NCBI GenBank assembly: GCA_964016885.1
Contig: OZ024750.1
Location: 34,782,001-34,846,000 of the forward strand
Length of the DNA: 64,000 nt
Source of the DNA: Eledone cirrhosa
Taxonomy: Eukaryota
Direction: 5' to 3'
How positions within the stretch are numbered: the stretch's first letter is position 1; each line of letters starts with the position of its first letter. Shown here piece after piece: positions 1 through 11,906 of the stretch. The translations under genes and the position numbers were made by a program. The notes beneath the pieces were generated by a model. It had not been told where the DNA came from. It ran no database searches and was given only the letters and a program-made list of their open reading frames with translations.

Positions 1-915
1 ATTGACCTGTTAGGGAGCAGTGAAGTTCAGGAGCATATGGAATGGAGATGAGCTCAGAAAAGAGCAAGATTTGTTTTAATAGTAATAATCAGAATACAGC
101 AATCAACATCATGTTGAACAGAAGAAATGGAAACCTTTAGGTACCTAGGATCCACTCTGACCAAAGATGGCAGATCTTAAAGGAGATACTGACAAGACTC
201 ACCCTAACCACTTCTGCCAAGGTAAAGCTAAATGCCATATGGAAAAGCAACTCCATTAGTTTTCCAGTGAAGCTCAAACTATACAAGTCTGTAGCAAGAG
301 TTGCCGCCCTTGTTGTGACGATCACATCACCAATAGAGTAACGCTCTCTAGACAGGAAGTAGCTGGAGTTGCTTCCCGTTGGGGTGGCAGAGCCCTTTTT
401 TATCACTTCCGTTCCACGACCTATAAAGGGAATAACTTTCAGCTCTTTACCTCTCATTTGCCTTTCGGCTCCTGGCCTTCTAACCCGCCTGGCCCTTCGG
501 CCAGGTGCGTTCGTCTGGCAACTCTAACATGGCCTCTTGCGACCTAACTTCAAAACGGTAACAAATAACTTTACTTCATTCTTTCATCTGCTACTCATTG
601 ACATGACAACTATACTGTTCTACATAACCTCAACTTGTTAATTAAACATTATATACACAACCGAGCATCTTTGTTATATTCATACACATCAGTATTTTGT
701 TATAAGTCCTTGGTGACTTCGATCCTTTTGTATGGGTGTGAGAGTTGGACTCTCACAGCTGACAAGGAATGAAGAATTCAGTCATTCGAGCACAATTGTT
801 TCAGAAGGTTGCTACATATCCCATACATGGAGCACTAAACAAACAGCTTTGTCAAGCAGCAAGTTAACAAATATGCTGGTAGACAGGAACCACTGCTTCA
901 GATAATGAAAAAACG
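1..915 (+). mobile_element. Decayed RTE-clade LINE ORF2 C-terminal fragment, split by an insertion at 290-704
   Basis: Manual translation: FRYLGSTLTKDG..KEILTRL..KLNAIWKSNSISFPVKLKLYKS / LVTSILLYGCESWTLT..RIQSFEHNCFRRLLHIPY. These are typical RTE post-RT motifs, with stops and a frameshift. Confidence 0.85.
290..704. mobile_element. Solo LTR-like insertion (Gypsy-type, 4-bp TSD AGTC)
   Basis: Starts TGTAGCAA, ends TTGTTATA (imperfect inverted ends). AGTC at 286-289 and 705-708. Removing it restores the RTE codons Y-K-S-L-V. Confidence 0.75.
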
Positions 916-939
916 TAGCAGTACATCTGGAAGACAGAT

Positions 940-1180
940 ATTATAATAATGAAATTATTGTGTAAAGTGCTCAGGTGCATTACAACTCGTCAAAGGTTCA
1001 TGTATAGTACATAGAATAATATACAAATGCCAGGGAAGTGAATAGTGTATGAGTCATGATATGCATGTGTGTATGTGTATGGAGGGGGAACATTAGGTGT
1101 AGTGTTGACGAATCTCGGGAAGCATGGAGGTTTTAAAGGATGCAGTGTCTCGACAGGTAGTTTGTTCCATGCTTCAGCGA
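940..1180 (-). mobile_element. CR1/L2-type LINE 3' end
   Basis: Minus strand encodes AEAWNKLP (WNxLP motif), followed by a 3' UTR and ATT-rich tail. Second copy at ~37540-37850. Confidence 0.65.
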
Positions 1181-1460
1181 AATTAGTAAATATAGTAGCT
1201 GTTCATCTAGAGGGATAGATGTTAATAAATATAGTTAAAGTTCATCTGGAGGAACAGATATTAATATATGTAGTAGCTGTACATCAAGAGGAACGCATGT
1301 TCACAATGGCAGTAGCAGTACATCTGGAGGAACAGATGTTAATAAATATAGTAGCAGTAAATCTGGAGTGCACATGTTAATAAATATAGTAGCAATACAT
1401 CTGGAGAACACATGTTGATAAATATAGTATCAGTACATCTGGAGAACACATGTTCATAAT
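1180..1460. repeat. Degenerate ~39-bp tandem repeat (GTAGCAGTACATCTGGAGGAACAGATGTTAATAAATATA)
   Basis: About 7 diverged units visible. Confidence 0.75.
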
Positions 1461-1994
1461 GATAGGTCTCCATCGTACTTCTGTTGCACACATTTAGCTA
1501 TTCTTTTAAACATATCTCTCATAGTTTGGCATACTTTAGTCTTCCTATGATTAGTTTAACATAACAGCATGTAAACCTTCATTATTCCCTGTTCACTTAT
1601 AAAGCTATTTTTACATTAGACATTTTAGCAGTTTACCTGCCAGATAAATCTATCAATTGAGAGATTCTTTCTGCTAAATCTTCCTCAAATTTCATTTTCC
1701 TATTCATCACTACTTTATTCTCTCTACTATCTTCTTTTTCTACATATACAATCAACTGTACAACATCTGAACTATTATGAGAAATCTAAACTACAGTATC
1801 ATTTGTACTCACCCATTCTATAAACTTTATCCATCCTCAATATAAGATCATTGACAGCAGGATTAGTTAAATCACAAATGAAACAAAGGAATTCATATGT
1901 AATCCACTAAAGCCATTTCTAGTATCTTCATCAGGTGCACACTCCTCAAATAATAAACTTGACCACAATGTCTTATCTATTTCTCACTGTAGAT

Positions 1995-2162
1995 CCTTCT
2001 TGTTCTTGTTCTTGTTCTTGTTCTTGTTCTTCTTTTTCTTCTTCTTCTTCTTCTTTTTCTTCTTCTTCTTCTTCTTCTTCTTTTTCTTCTTCTTCTTCTT
2101 CTTCTTCTTCTTCTTCTTCTTCTTCTTCTTCTTCTTCTTCTTCTTCTTCTTCTTCTTCTTCT
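1995..2162. repeat. (TTC)n microsatellite
   Basis: Direct reading. The tract resumes at 2540-2645. Confidence 0.95.
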
Positions 2163-2545
2163 ATAGACACACTTTTGCTTTAACTCTACACCTACATAGT
2201 TTTATTTAGTATTCCTTCTTTGTTAGAGCACTCCAAATGTCGAACAAAGAACAGATAGAGATATCAAGTACATTTTCAAAGAGTTATAGCACAGTTAGAA
2301 ATATTTCAAGACATGATATACATGTAGAGTGGTATTTATGTAATAGATTAAGAAAAATTAATAATAGACTATCATAATCAATTGATCACATCTGTAATCA
2401 ATTGATCACATCTGTAATCAATTGATCACATACAGTAATTCAAGTTTGCTGTGAGAATATACAATGTTTTCTGTCTTATAAGATTTGACTTTCAATTTTA
2501 TTTTGTTTATATTATTTCATATAACAGAAATGCCCCCTCCTTCTC
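2159..2545 (+). repeat. Duplicated segment, near-identical to 29232-29620
   Basis: Visual alignment shows only a few substitutions. It includes the same internal AATCAATTGATCACATCTGT triplication. Confidence 0.95.
2227..2331 (+). other. Candidate 105-nt exon, copy 1 (ALQMSNKEQIEISSTFSKSYSTVRNISRHDIHVE)
   Basis: TTCCTTCTTTGTTAG acceptor, TG|GTATTT donor, 35 codons, open only in phase 2-2. Confidence 0.3.
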
Positions 2546-2645
2546 CTCCTCATTCTTCTTCTTCTTCTTCTTCTTCTTCTTCTTCTTCTTCTTCTTCTTC
2601 TTCTTCTTCTTCTTCTTCTTCTTCTCCTTCTCCTTCTTCTTCTTC

Positions 2646-2855
2646 TTGTGGAGGCAGAGTCCTCAAACACTCCTTCCAGCGGGTCCTGTCAGAAGCAACT
2701 GTCTCCAATTGATCCAGCTGGATCCCCCAAGTGAGACCAATTGAACTCCAAATGTTATCTTACCATCTTTCTGGGGTCTACCCCTGTGTTTCCTGCTAGC
2801 TTGTTTTGCCCATAAAATCTTTCCAGCAGTTCTTTGTAACCACATGTCCCATATA
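2646..2855 (-). mobile_element. RTE LINE 3' end with (GAA)n tail
   Basis: Related to 17320-17705 (+) and 29740-30230 (-). RGRP-type C-terminal motif. Confidence 0.7.
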
Positions 2856-3354
2856 AATCACATCTCTCATGTTCAATTCTTTAAGAAATCTCTGTACCAG
2901 TCTGACACAGTTAAATGTACTCAATAAGTGTCTTATAAATAATTGTTTCTACTTTTGGCACAAGATCAGCAATTACCCCAGTGCATTACTGGTGCTTTAT
3001 TTTATCAAGCTCGTAAGCATGAAAGGCAAAGTTAACCTTGGCGAGATTTGAACTCAGATCATAAAGGGACATAACTTTGAGAGGTGTAATTGGGTAAGGT
3101 TGGCTTTTATCACCTCATCCCAGGTCATCTTGGGTCTCCCCACTCTGCGGCTTCCATCGACTTCTAGTGCTCTGCACTTCAAGTTGTCTAAAATCAAAAT
3201 TGTGGCCCAGGTCAGTAGAATGATATATATTGATGGCTTTGGAAATAAAATATTTTCCTCCTCTTATTTTTGGTCTTATTCTGTTTACTACATCTTGGAA
3301 GAGGAGACACAGCGAAGAACAACAAATAGTCATTGAGGAAATAACCAATAACTA

Positions 3355-3540
3355 ATAATTGTTTCTACTTTAGGCACAAGGCCAGCAATTACCCAGTGCA
3401 TTACTGGTACTTTATTTTATCGACCCCGTAAGGATGAAAGGCAAAGTCAACCTCGGCGGGATTTGAACTCAGATCGTAAAGGGACGTAACTATGCTGGAA
3501 AGTATCGCGTCCGACCCTCTACCGATACTGCCAATCCACC
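3355..3540 (-). mobile_element. tRNA-derived SINE family A (Meta-like central domain)
   Basis: A-box TGGCAGTATCGG, B-box GAGTTCAAATCC, core GCCTTTCATCCTTACGGGGTCGATAAAATAAAGTACCAG, (ATT)n tail. More than 20 copies or fragments in the window (e.g. 2941, 4200, 7830, 8078, 16220, 36955, 45770, 52765). Confidence 0.9.
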
Positions 3541-3963
3541 CTAATAATAATAAAGCCTTTCAGTCTTTTTTGCCCATTACTGTTATTGACAGCATTTGGC
3601 TGTTTTAACGGCTGTTCTAGCGATGAGTCTTCTCATTTTTACATGAATTCAAATACACTCTCGCTTTGTCTCAATCAGAGACAACAATGTTTATTCAATA
3701 AAGCTAAAGTGCAAATCAAATAATGTGTGTTGGTATTGGCAAAATGACCCTCCCCAAATATAACAATTAACATTTTTATTATGTTGTTAAGTGAGCAAGG
3801 ATGAAATGCAGGGCTTAACTTTACCTTTCTTCCATACAAGGTCGATAAAATAAAGTACCAGTAATGCACTGGGGTTGAATAAATCGACTTTTCCCCTTCC
3901 CCAAACATTTGTTCACCTTGTGTCTAAATCAGAAACCATTATTTTGTTATTTTGCCAATCCAA

Positions 3964-4150
3964 GGCAGTGGATTGGCAGTATCGGTAGAGGGTCGGACGC
4001 CATGCTTTCCAGCATAGTTACGTCCCTTTACGATCTGAGTTCAAATCCCGCCGAGGTTGACTTTGCCTTTCATCCTTACGGGGTCGATAAAATAAAGTAC
4101 CAGTAATGCACTGGGTAATTGCTGGCCTTGTGCCTAAAGTAGAAACAATT
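3964..4150 (+). mobile_element. SINE family A, full length
   Basis: Near reverse complement of 3355-3540. Confidence 0.9.
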
Positions 4151-4444
4151 ATTTTGTTATTTTGAACATAACTTAACAAAAGGTTCTTAAACCAAATTAT
4201 AATTATTTCTACTTTAGGCACATAGCCAGCAAATACCCAGTGCATTACTGGTATTTTATTTTATCGACCCCCTAAGGATGAAAGGCAAAGTCAACCTCGG
4301 CGGGATTTGAACTCAGATCGTAAAATTATAATGGAAGGTTTTAATATAAATGCTTTAAGATGTGATATTTTATATTCTAGAAGTAGAGGTAGTGTCTGGC
4401 AAGCTAGTGGCAGAGGATTAATATCTATAATATGACCACCATAA

Positions 4445-4641
4445 CTCTTTAGCATTTAAACCAGCTGTATCCAGCCAAAATTCTCTCACCTCTTTCTGTT
4501 CAAGCCAGCCATAACTAGCCACTCATACTGATGTTAAGGTATTGTTCTCAAAATAAATAATATCAAAATCTCATAGATTCAATATTATGTGAGATATGCG
4601 AAATACAATAGTAAATATAGAGTAATGTAAATACTAAAGGG
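4445..4641. mobile_element. piggyBac-like TTAA MITE
   Basis: Degenerate CCCTTTAGCATT...AATACTAAAGGG termini followed by TTAA. Confidence 0.75.
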
Positions 4642-4643
4642 TT

Positions 4644-4958
4644 AAGATGTGATATTTTATATTCTAGAAACAGAGGCGGTGCCTGGCAAGGTAGTAGCAG
4701 AGGGTTAATAATTATATGAACACTTTAAGATGTGATATTATATATTCTAGAAACAGAGGCGGTGCCTGGCAAGGTAGTAGCAGAGGGTTAATAATTATAT
4801 GAACACTTTAAGATGTGATATTATATATTCTAGAAACAGAGGCGGTGCCTGGCAAGGTAGTAGCAGAGGGTTAATAATTATATGAACACTTTAAGATGTG
4901 ATATTATATATTCTAGAAACAGAGGCGGTGCCTGGTAAGGTAGTAGCAGAGGATTAAT
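4644..4958. repeat. 83-bp tandem repeat, ~3.8 copies
   Basis: Units start at 4644, 4727, 4810 and 4893. Diverged copy at ~4356-4425. Confidence 0.9.
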
Positions 4959-5138
4959 ATTTATGTAATTTATTCTAAATATTTTGAGTTCAAAGATGGA
5001 ATATTAAAGCAACAAATAGTTGTTGGAACTATAAAAGATGATCTGCAACATTTTTCTCAATTGATAATTTTATTTTGTCTTTTAAATATTTCAATTTGTT
5101 GGAATTAATTTTATCTAACTTTGATATTTATTCTGTAG

Positions 5139-5171
5139 GTTCTCTAAAGACCAAAATTTAAATTATTACAA
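5139..5171 (+). other. Candidate 33-nt exon (FSKDQNLNYY)
   Basis: CTAAC branch-like motif, TTCTGTAG acceptor, AA|GTAAAT donor. Open only in phase 2-2. Confidence 0.2.
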
Positions 5172-5294
5172 GTAAATATTAAGTTTATATTCTATCTAAT
5201 ATCTTTCAATTTTAAAAGTGTATAAATTATTACAGTGATGAAATAAGTTGGTATATTTTCCCTCCTATTGTTCCTCCCTTTTTGTTGTTGACCT

Positions 5295-6102
5295 CCTAAC
5301 CTCCACCACTACCATCTCCATCAGCACCTCCACCACTACCATCTCCACCACCATCTCCACCACTACCATCACCACCACCACCACCACCACCATCATCACT
5401 AACACCACCACCATCACCACCACTACCACCACCACCACCACCATCTCCACCACCACCACCACCATCTCCACCACTACCACCACCACCACCACCATCTCCA
5501 CCACCACCGCCATCTCCACCACTACCATCTCAACCACCGCCATCTCCACCACCACCACCACCACTGCCACCACCACCACCACCACCACCACCACCACCAC
5601 TGATGCCACCACTACTACCACCATTGCCGCCACTACCACCACTACCACCACCACCACCACCACTACCACCACCACCACCATCTCCACCACTACCATCTCA
5701 ACCCCAAACAGCATCTCCTCTCCACCACCACCACCACCATCACCACCACCACTACCACCACTTCCGCCACCACTACCACCACTACCACCACCACCATCTC
5801 CACCACCACCACTACCACCATCTCCACCACTACCATCTCCACCACTACCATCTCAACCAGCACCACCACCATCACCACCACCACCATCTCCACCATCTCC
5901 ACCACCACCACCACCACCACCTCCACCATCTCCACCACCACCACTACCACCACCACTGCCGCCGCCACCACCACCACCATCTCCACCACCACCACTACCA
6001 TCTCCACCACCACCATTACCATCACCATCTCCACCACCACCACCACCACTACCACCATTAGCACATAATCACCAGGACTATCATCATCACTACCATCATC
6101 AT
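5295..6102. repeat. Compound (CAC/CAT/TAC)n microsatellite
   Basis: Direct reading. Source of the poly-T/P/H ORFs. Confidence 0.95.
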
Positions 6103-6276
6103 CGTTTTTATGTCCGTTTTTTTCCATACTTGAATGGGTTTGATGGGTCCTTCTCAGTACACCATCTCTCCAGTTGTCACGTTCCTTTGTCATCTCGTCC
6201 GTGAGTCTCAGTGAGTTTCAGGTCAGCTCTCACAACTTCAATCTCATATCTTCTCATTAATATGAATAAGTCACAT

Positions 6277-6920
6277 AAAATACATTAATAATTGTTTCTA
6301 CTTTTGGCACAAGGCCAGCAATTACCCAGTGCATTACTGGTACTTTATTTTATCGACCCCGTAAGGATGAAATGCAAAGTTAACCTCGGCGGGATTTAAA
6401 CTCAGAATGGCAAGGGCCGTAACTCTTTGCTTCAAAGCATGGTGTCCGACCCTCTACCGATACTGCCAATCCACCGCATCTAAAATACATTAATAATAAT
6501 TGTTTCTATTTTAGGCACAAGGCCAGCAATTATCCCAGTACATTACTGGTACTTTATTTTATCGACCCCGTGTAAGGATGAAATGCAAAGTTAACCTCGG
6601 CGGGATTTAAACTCAGAATGGCAAGGGCCGTAACTCTTTGCTTCAAAGCATGGTGTCCGACCCTCTACCGATACTGCCAATCCACCGCATCTAAAATACA
6701 TTATTAATAATTGTTTTTACTTTAGGCACAAGGCCAGCAATTACCCCAGTGTATTACTGGTACTTTATTTTATCGACCCCCGTAAGGATCAAATGCAAAG
6801 TTAACCTCGGCGGAATTTGAACTCAGAATGGCAAGGGCCGTAACTCTTTGCGTCAAAGCATGGTGTCCGACCCTCTACCGATACTGCCAATCCACCGCAT
6901 CTAAAATACATTAATAATAA
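6277..6920 (-). mobile_element. Three head-to-tail SINE family A copies separated by a shared TAAAATACATT flank
   Basis: Near-identical ~205-210-bp units sharing variants such as AATGCAAAG and CGCATC. Confidence 0.9.
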
Positions 6921-7144
6921 TAAAAAAAAAACATTTGATTGACTTAGATTTCCATCATTAAGTATCAATTAAAAAATAGAAATTAACATTTTAAGTGTAC
7001 ATAAATGCAATTAAATTTCATACTAATTTTAAGTGCTAAAATTAGTTTTTTTTATTAATGACTGGCCAACAGAATAGAATAGCAGGTTACCTGAGTTGGA
7101 AGAGACAACAGACTGTTGTCACGTTATATGTTAGTAAGTGTCTC

Positions 7145-7828
7145 GTATCATTGTTGTCATTGTCATCACCATTGTCATCACAATCATCATCATCGACACC
7201 ATCATCATCGACACCATCACCACCACCATCATCGCCACCACCATCATCACCATCACCCCCACCATCATCATTATAACCACCACTACCAACCATCATCACC
7301 ACTACCATCACCATCACCATCACCACCACCACCACCACCACCACCACCATCACCACCACCACTACCATCACCACCACCACCACTACCATCACCATCACCA
7401 CCACCACTACCATCACCATCACCCCCACCATCATTATTATAACCACCACCACCACCACCATCATCACTACCACCACCATCACCACCGCCATCATCACTAC
7501 CACCACCATCACCACCACCACCATCACCACCACCATTACCACCACCACCACCACCACCACCATCACCACCACCATCACCATCACCACCACCATCACCTTC
7601 ACCACCACCACCACCATCATCACTACCACCACCATCACCACTGCCATCATCACTACCACCGCCATCACCACCGCCATCATCACTACCACCACCATCACCA
7701 CCACCATCACCATCACCAATACCATCACCACCACCGCCATCATCACTACCACCACCATCATCACTACCACCACCATCATCACTACCACCACCACCACCAC
7801 CATTACCACCACCATCACCACCACCATT
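7145..7828. repeat. Compound (CAC/CAT)n microsatellite
   Basis: Direct reading. Confidence 0.95.
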
Positions 7829-8219
7829 GTGGGATTGGCAGTATCAGTAGAGGGTCAGACGCCATGCTTTTCAAACATTGAGTTACGGCCCTTGCCATTC
7901 TGAGTTCAAATCCCGCCGAGGTTAACTTTACCTTTCATCCTTACGGGGGTCGATAAAATAAAGTACCAGTAATACACTGGGGTAATTGCTGGCCTTGTGC
8001 CTAAAGTAGAAACAATTATTATTATTATCAGAATGTTAGAAGGGAATGGAAACTTAACACAATATCATACTCATGTAATAATTGTTTCTACTTTTGGCAC
8101 AAGGCCAGCAATTATCCCAGTGTATTACTGGTACTTTATTTTATCGACCCCGTAAGGATGAAAGGCAAAGTTAATCTTATGTAATAATAGAAACCTGTTA
8201 AAATATTGCTTCATGTTGA

Positions 8220-8505
8220 AGTGGAGAGAGAGAGATGGTGGGAGAGAAAGATGGGGTAGTGTAGGGAAAGTGAGAGAGGATAGAGAGAGTGGAGGGGGTA
8301 AATAGAAAGATAGGGAGGGGAAAGAAAGTGTTGAGGGGGAGTGAGTGGAGAAGTAGAAAGATAGGGAAGAAGGAAAGGGAGAGAGAAAGAGGTGAGGTAA
8401 AGAGGTGGAAGAGAGGAAGAGAGGTGAAGAGAGGGATAGGAAGGAGGAAGAGAGATAGAGAATGAGAGATGGAAGAGAGAGAGAGAGAGAGAAATAAAGA
8501 GTAGG
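8220..8505. repeat. Polypurine (GA-rich) low-complexity tract
   Basis: Direct reading. Confidence 0.85.
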
Positions 8506-8764
8506 AGTTTGAAATGAATGATGTCTGTGTCGTTTTTGTCATCATAATTGGTTTAACATGTTTTATTGACATAATTTGGTTCCTAAAACATTCTTTCTAC
8601 ATTATTAGAAGAAAGAATATTTCAAATTTCATGTTCATCCAATATTTATAAAACTCCATTGGTTTCATTGAGTTCAGTTCCACAACCTCCTATCATAATT
8701 GATTCCTATTTGCAGGGACCCTATTAGAAAAAGGGTTGCTCTACCTTATTAACTAATTGATTCC

Positions 8765-9060
8765 CATCTTAAAATGGTGTATGCAAATATCTGATGGAAT
8801 TCCAGGATATGACCTTTGTCGATGCCAACATTATCTGATAATCTCTCATAGCTAGAACTTTCTTCTCCGTTCTGTGGAATATTGACAACAAATTAGGAAC
8901 ATTAAGTTTGGCTTCATATGACAATTCCTTTCCTGTTGCAATCCATTTGCTGGCTTTCATTTGGACATTTTCACCAATAATCAGATCTCTCTTGAAATTG
9001 TGTCTCAAAGTGAAGCTGTCATATTTTCGCTGTGGTTTTATTCTAGTCTTGAAAGATATG
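8765..9060 (-). mobile_element. Old CR1-clade LINE ORF2 C-terminal fragment
   Basis: IKPQRKY..KRDLIIGENVQMKASKWI..ELSYEAKL..NLLSI resembles the CR1 consensus VRPHLEY..KKDI..LE.VQRRATK.I...LSYEERL..LNL.SL. Confidence 0.6.
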
Positions 9061-9150
9061 AAAGAGAGTTTTTGTTTTAACTCTTTAGCATTTACATTAC
9101 TCTCTATATATACTATTGTATTTTCATTGTGAAGGCTTTATCTATTCCCA

Positions 9151-9501
9151 ACATCATCATCATCATCATCATTTCATTTTACGTCCGCTTTTCCTTGCTT
9201 GCAATGGTGGGACGGGAACTGATTCTGGCTTGATTTCTACAGCTGGATGCCCTTCCTAACACCAACCTCATTTACAGTGAGTGCTGGGTGCTTTTTTGCC
9301 GTGGCACCTCCACGACCACTTTGCAGTGGAATGATAGGGACCCCAGTCCCTATCATCTCATTTCTACAGCTGAGTAAACTGGAGCAATGTGGAATAAAGT
9401 GTCTTGCTCAAGGAAACAACACATCACCCAGTCTGAGAATTGAACTCACAACCTTTCGATTGCAAGCCCAATGCTCTAACCACTAAGCCATGTGCCTCCA
9501 T
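9151..9501 (-). mobile_element. tRNA-derived SINE family B (CORE-like domain, RTE-like (GAT)n tail)
   Basis: A-box TGGCTTAGTGG, B-box GAGTTCAATTC, CCTTGAGCAAGACACTT core, GGACGTAAAATGA(TGA)n tail. Confidence 0.9.
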
Positions 9502-9625
9502 ACCGACAATAACTTATACAGTACCAACAATAGCTAGTACAGTAACCATCAACACAAGACATGAATATTTAATCTCAAATATACCATCTGTAAGTTAACT
9601 GGTACTGTAACCGTTGAAAACTTAA

Positions 9626-10194
9626 CCCCTTAGCATTTACATTACTCTATATATACTCTTATCTTTTCATGGTAAAGGTTTTATCTTACATAATATGGAG
9701 GCATATGGCTTAGTGGTTAGAGCATTGGCCTTGCAATCGAAAGGTTGTGAGTTCAATTCCCAGACCGGGTGATGTGTTGTTTCCTTGAGCAAGACACTTT
9801 ATTTCACATTGCTCCAGTTTACTCAGCTGTAGAAATGAGATGATAGGGACTGAGGTCCCTATAATTCCACTGCAAAGTGGTCGTGGAGGTGCCACGGCAA
9901 AAAAGCACCCAGCACTCACTGTAAATGAGGTTGGTGTTAGGAAGGGCATCCAGCTGTAGAAATCAAGCCAGAATCAGTTCCCGTCCCACCCTTGCAAGCA
10001 GGGAAAAGTGGACGTAAAATGAACTGATGATGATGATGATAATATCTCACATAATATTGAATCTATGAGATTTTGATATTATTTATTTTGTGAACAATAC
10101 CTTAACATAAGTATGAGTGGCTGGTTACAGCTAGTTTGAACTGAAAGAGGTGAGAGAATTAAGGCCAGATATGGTCGGTTTAAATGCTAAAGGG
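9626..10194. mobile_element. piggyBac-like MITE interrupted by a family B SINE
   Basis: TTAA-CCC...GGG-TTAA termini. The SINE occupies 9696-10040. Confidence 0.8.
9696..10040 (+). mobile_element. SINE family B, full length
   Basis: Inverted near-identical partner of 9151-9501, with ATAATAT repeated at both flanks. Confidence 0.9.
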
Positions 10195-10386
10195 TTAATT
10201 CCAAGAATTGTGTGTATGTGTCTTATTTATTTAATTGCAGGTTCAGTGTGTATATAAAATATCAATCAAGGATTACGCCAGAACTATAACTCTTTATGTA
10301 ACACTTCACCTCCTGCACCATAAAGAATCACTTTGGCAAGATATTCTTGAAAAGTACAAAACAGCACTATAACTGCACCACATTAA

Positions 10387-10605
10387 CCATTAGCATTACA
10401 TTACTCTATATATCCTATTGTATTTTTGCTGTAAAGGCTTTACTTCATATAATTATCTCACATAATATCGAATCTGTGAGATTTTCATACTATTTATTTT
10501 GAGAACAATACCTTAACATCAGTACGCGCAGCCAATTATGGCCGGTTTGAACAGAAAGAGGTGAGAGAATTCTGGCCAGATACAGCCGGTTTAAGTGCTA
10601 AAGGG
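10387..10605. mobile_element. piggyBac-like TTAA MITE
   Basis: TTAA flanks and TIRs. Same family as 25399-25619. Confidence 0.8.
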
Positions 10606-10799
10606 TTAAAAACTCTAACACTGCAAATTTTTACTTTGATATGTCCACTAGTGAAGATACTATACACATTTGAATTAACAAATCTGTTGTTTTTTTTTAG
10701 ATATTTTTTATTTAATCCTTACAGCATGTTAAAAGCTAACCTTTCATTGTCATACACCTAATGAAAAACACTGTCTATAATTTTCAAATAATTACCCTC

Positions 10800-11000
10800 T
10801 TCCCTTTCGAAGTGGGTAAATCCTTCATCTGACACATGACAGGCTGTGACACATTCTCTGCCTCAAACTTAGTTGCCTTAGCCACAAACCCTGGTACCAC
10901 AGCCCGCAATGCAGAGAACAGGAAGACAAGCAAATATTGGAGCTTGTCCAGCCGCTTCCTTTTTGTACTGGTCGCCATTGAGACCCCAGACATCCTTGGT
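10800..11000 (+). mobile_element. CRE-like (RLE endonuclease) non-LTR retrotransposon fragment
   Basis: GKSFI*HMTGCDTFSASNL....NPGTTARNAENRKTSKY..LSSRFLFVLVAIETPDILG matches the RLE C-terminus pattern WD.T..DT...AE..K..KY...F.P.A.ET.G..G. Confidence 0.75.
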
Positions 11001-11029
11001 GTATGAAAGCATGAATATATATATTTATA

Positions 11030-11875
11030 TATAATAAGGGTGTATATGAAAGTACATACTATATATTTATATACAATAAGGGTGTATATGAAAGTACATA
11101 CTATATATTTATATACAATAGTATATAAACATATAGTATATACTTTCATATACACCCTTATTATATATAAATATATAGTATATACTTTCATATACACCCT
11201 TATTATATATAAATATATAGTATGTACTTTCATATACACCCTTATTGTATATAAACATATAGTATATACTTTCATATACACCCTTATTGTATATAAACAT
11301 ATAGTATATACTTTCATATACACCCTTATTGTATATAAACATATAGTATATACTTTCATATACACCCTTATTGTATATAAACATATAGTATATACTTTCA
11401 TATACACCCTTATTGTATATAAACATATAGTATATACTTTCATATACACCCTTATTGTATATAAACATGTAGTATATACTTTCATATACACCCTTATTGT
11501 ATATAAACATATAGTACGTACTTTCATATACACCCTTGCTGTATATAAACATATGTATATGAGAGTATATACTATATGTTTATATACAATATGAAAGCAT
11601 ATATTATGTTTATATACAATAGGGGTCAGTAGCATATTGCTGGGGGTGGGGGAGGCTGCACTACCCCTCTTCATCAAGAACAAATGTTGGAAAATTTAGT
11701 CATTTTTGTTTGAAAATTATGAACATGAGCACCCCCACAAATGATAGGATCAACATGCTTATGAATAGGGGTGTATATAAAAGTATGTACTATATGTTTG
11801 TATACACATGAAACCTCACTATCAAATAAAAAACTATACACATAGTATATATACTTTCATATACACCCTTATTAT
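11030..11875. repeat. 42-bp unit array with orientation switches
   Basis: Two forward units (11033-11118), ~10 reversed units (11121-11550), and further degenerate forward and reverse units to 11873. Confidence 0.9.
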
Positions 11876-11906
11876 TCACAACACTATGTTGGCACATGGA
11901 GGCACT

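Noticed and set aside
1935-2744. Poly-Ser/Phe/Glu ORFs
   Set aside because: These are (TTC)n tails of RTE elements.
5248-7881. Poly-Thr/Pro/His ORFs (also 38042-38994, 58005-58831, 59604-60041)
   Set aside because: Trinucleotide microsatellites lack stops in most frames. There is no unique coding context.
9247-9486. Recurring 'MPFLTPTSFTVSAGCFFAVAPPRPLCSG' small ORF family
   Set aside because: It is the antisense reading of SINE family B. Recurrence reflects SINE copy number.
10784-11683. 299-aa ORF
   Set aside because: It is the 42-bp array plus the antisense of the CRE fragment.
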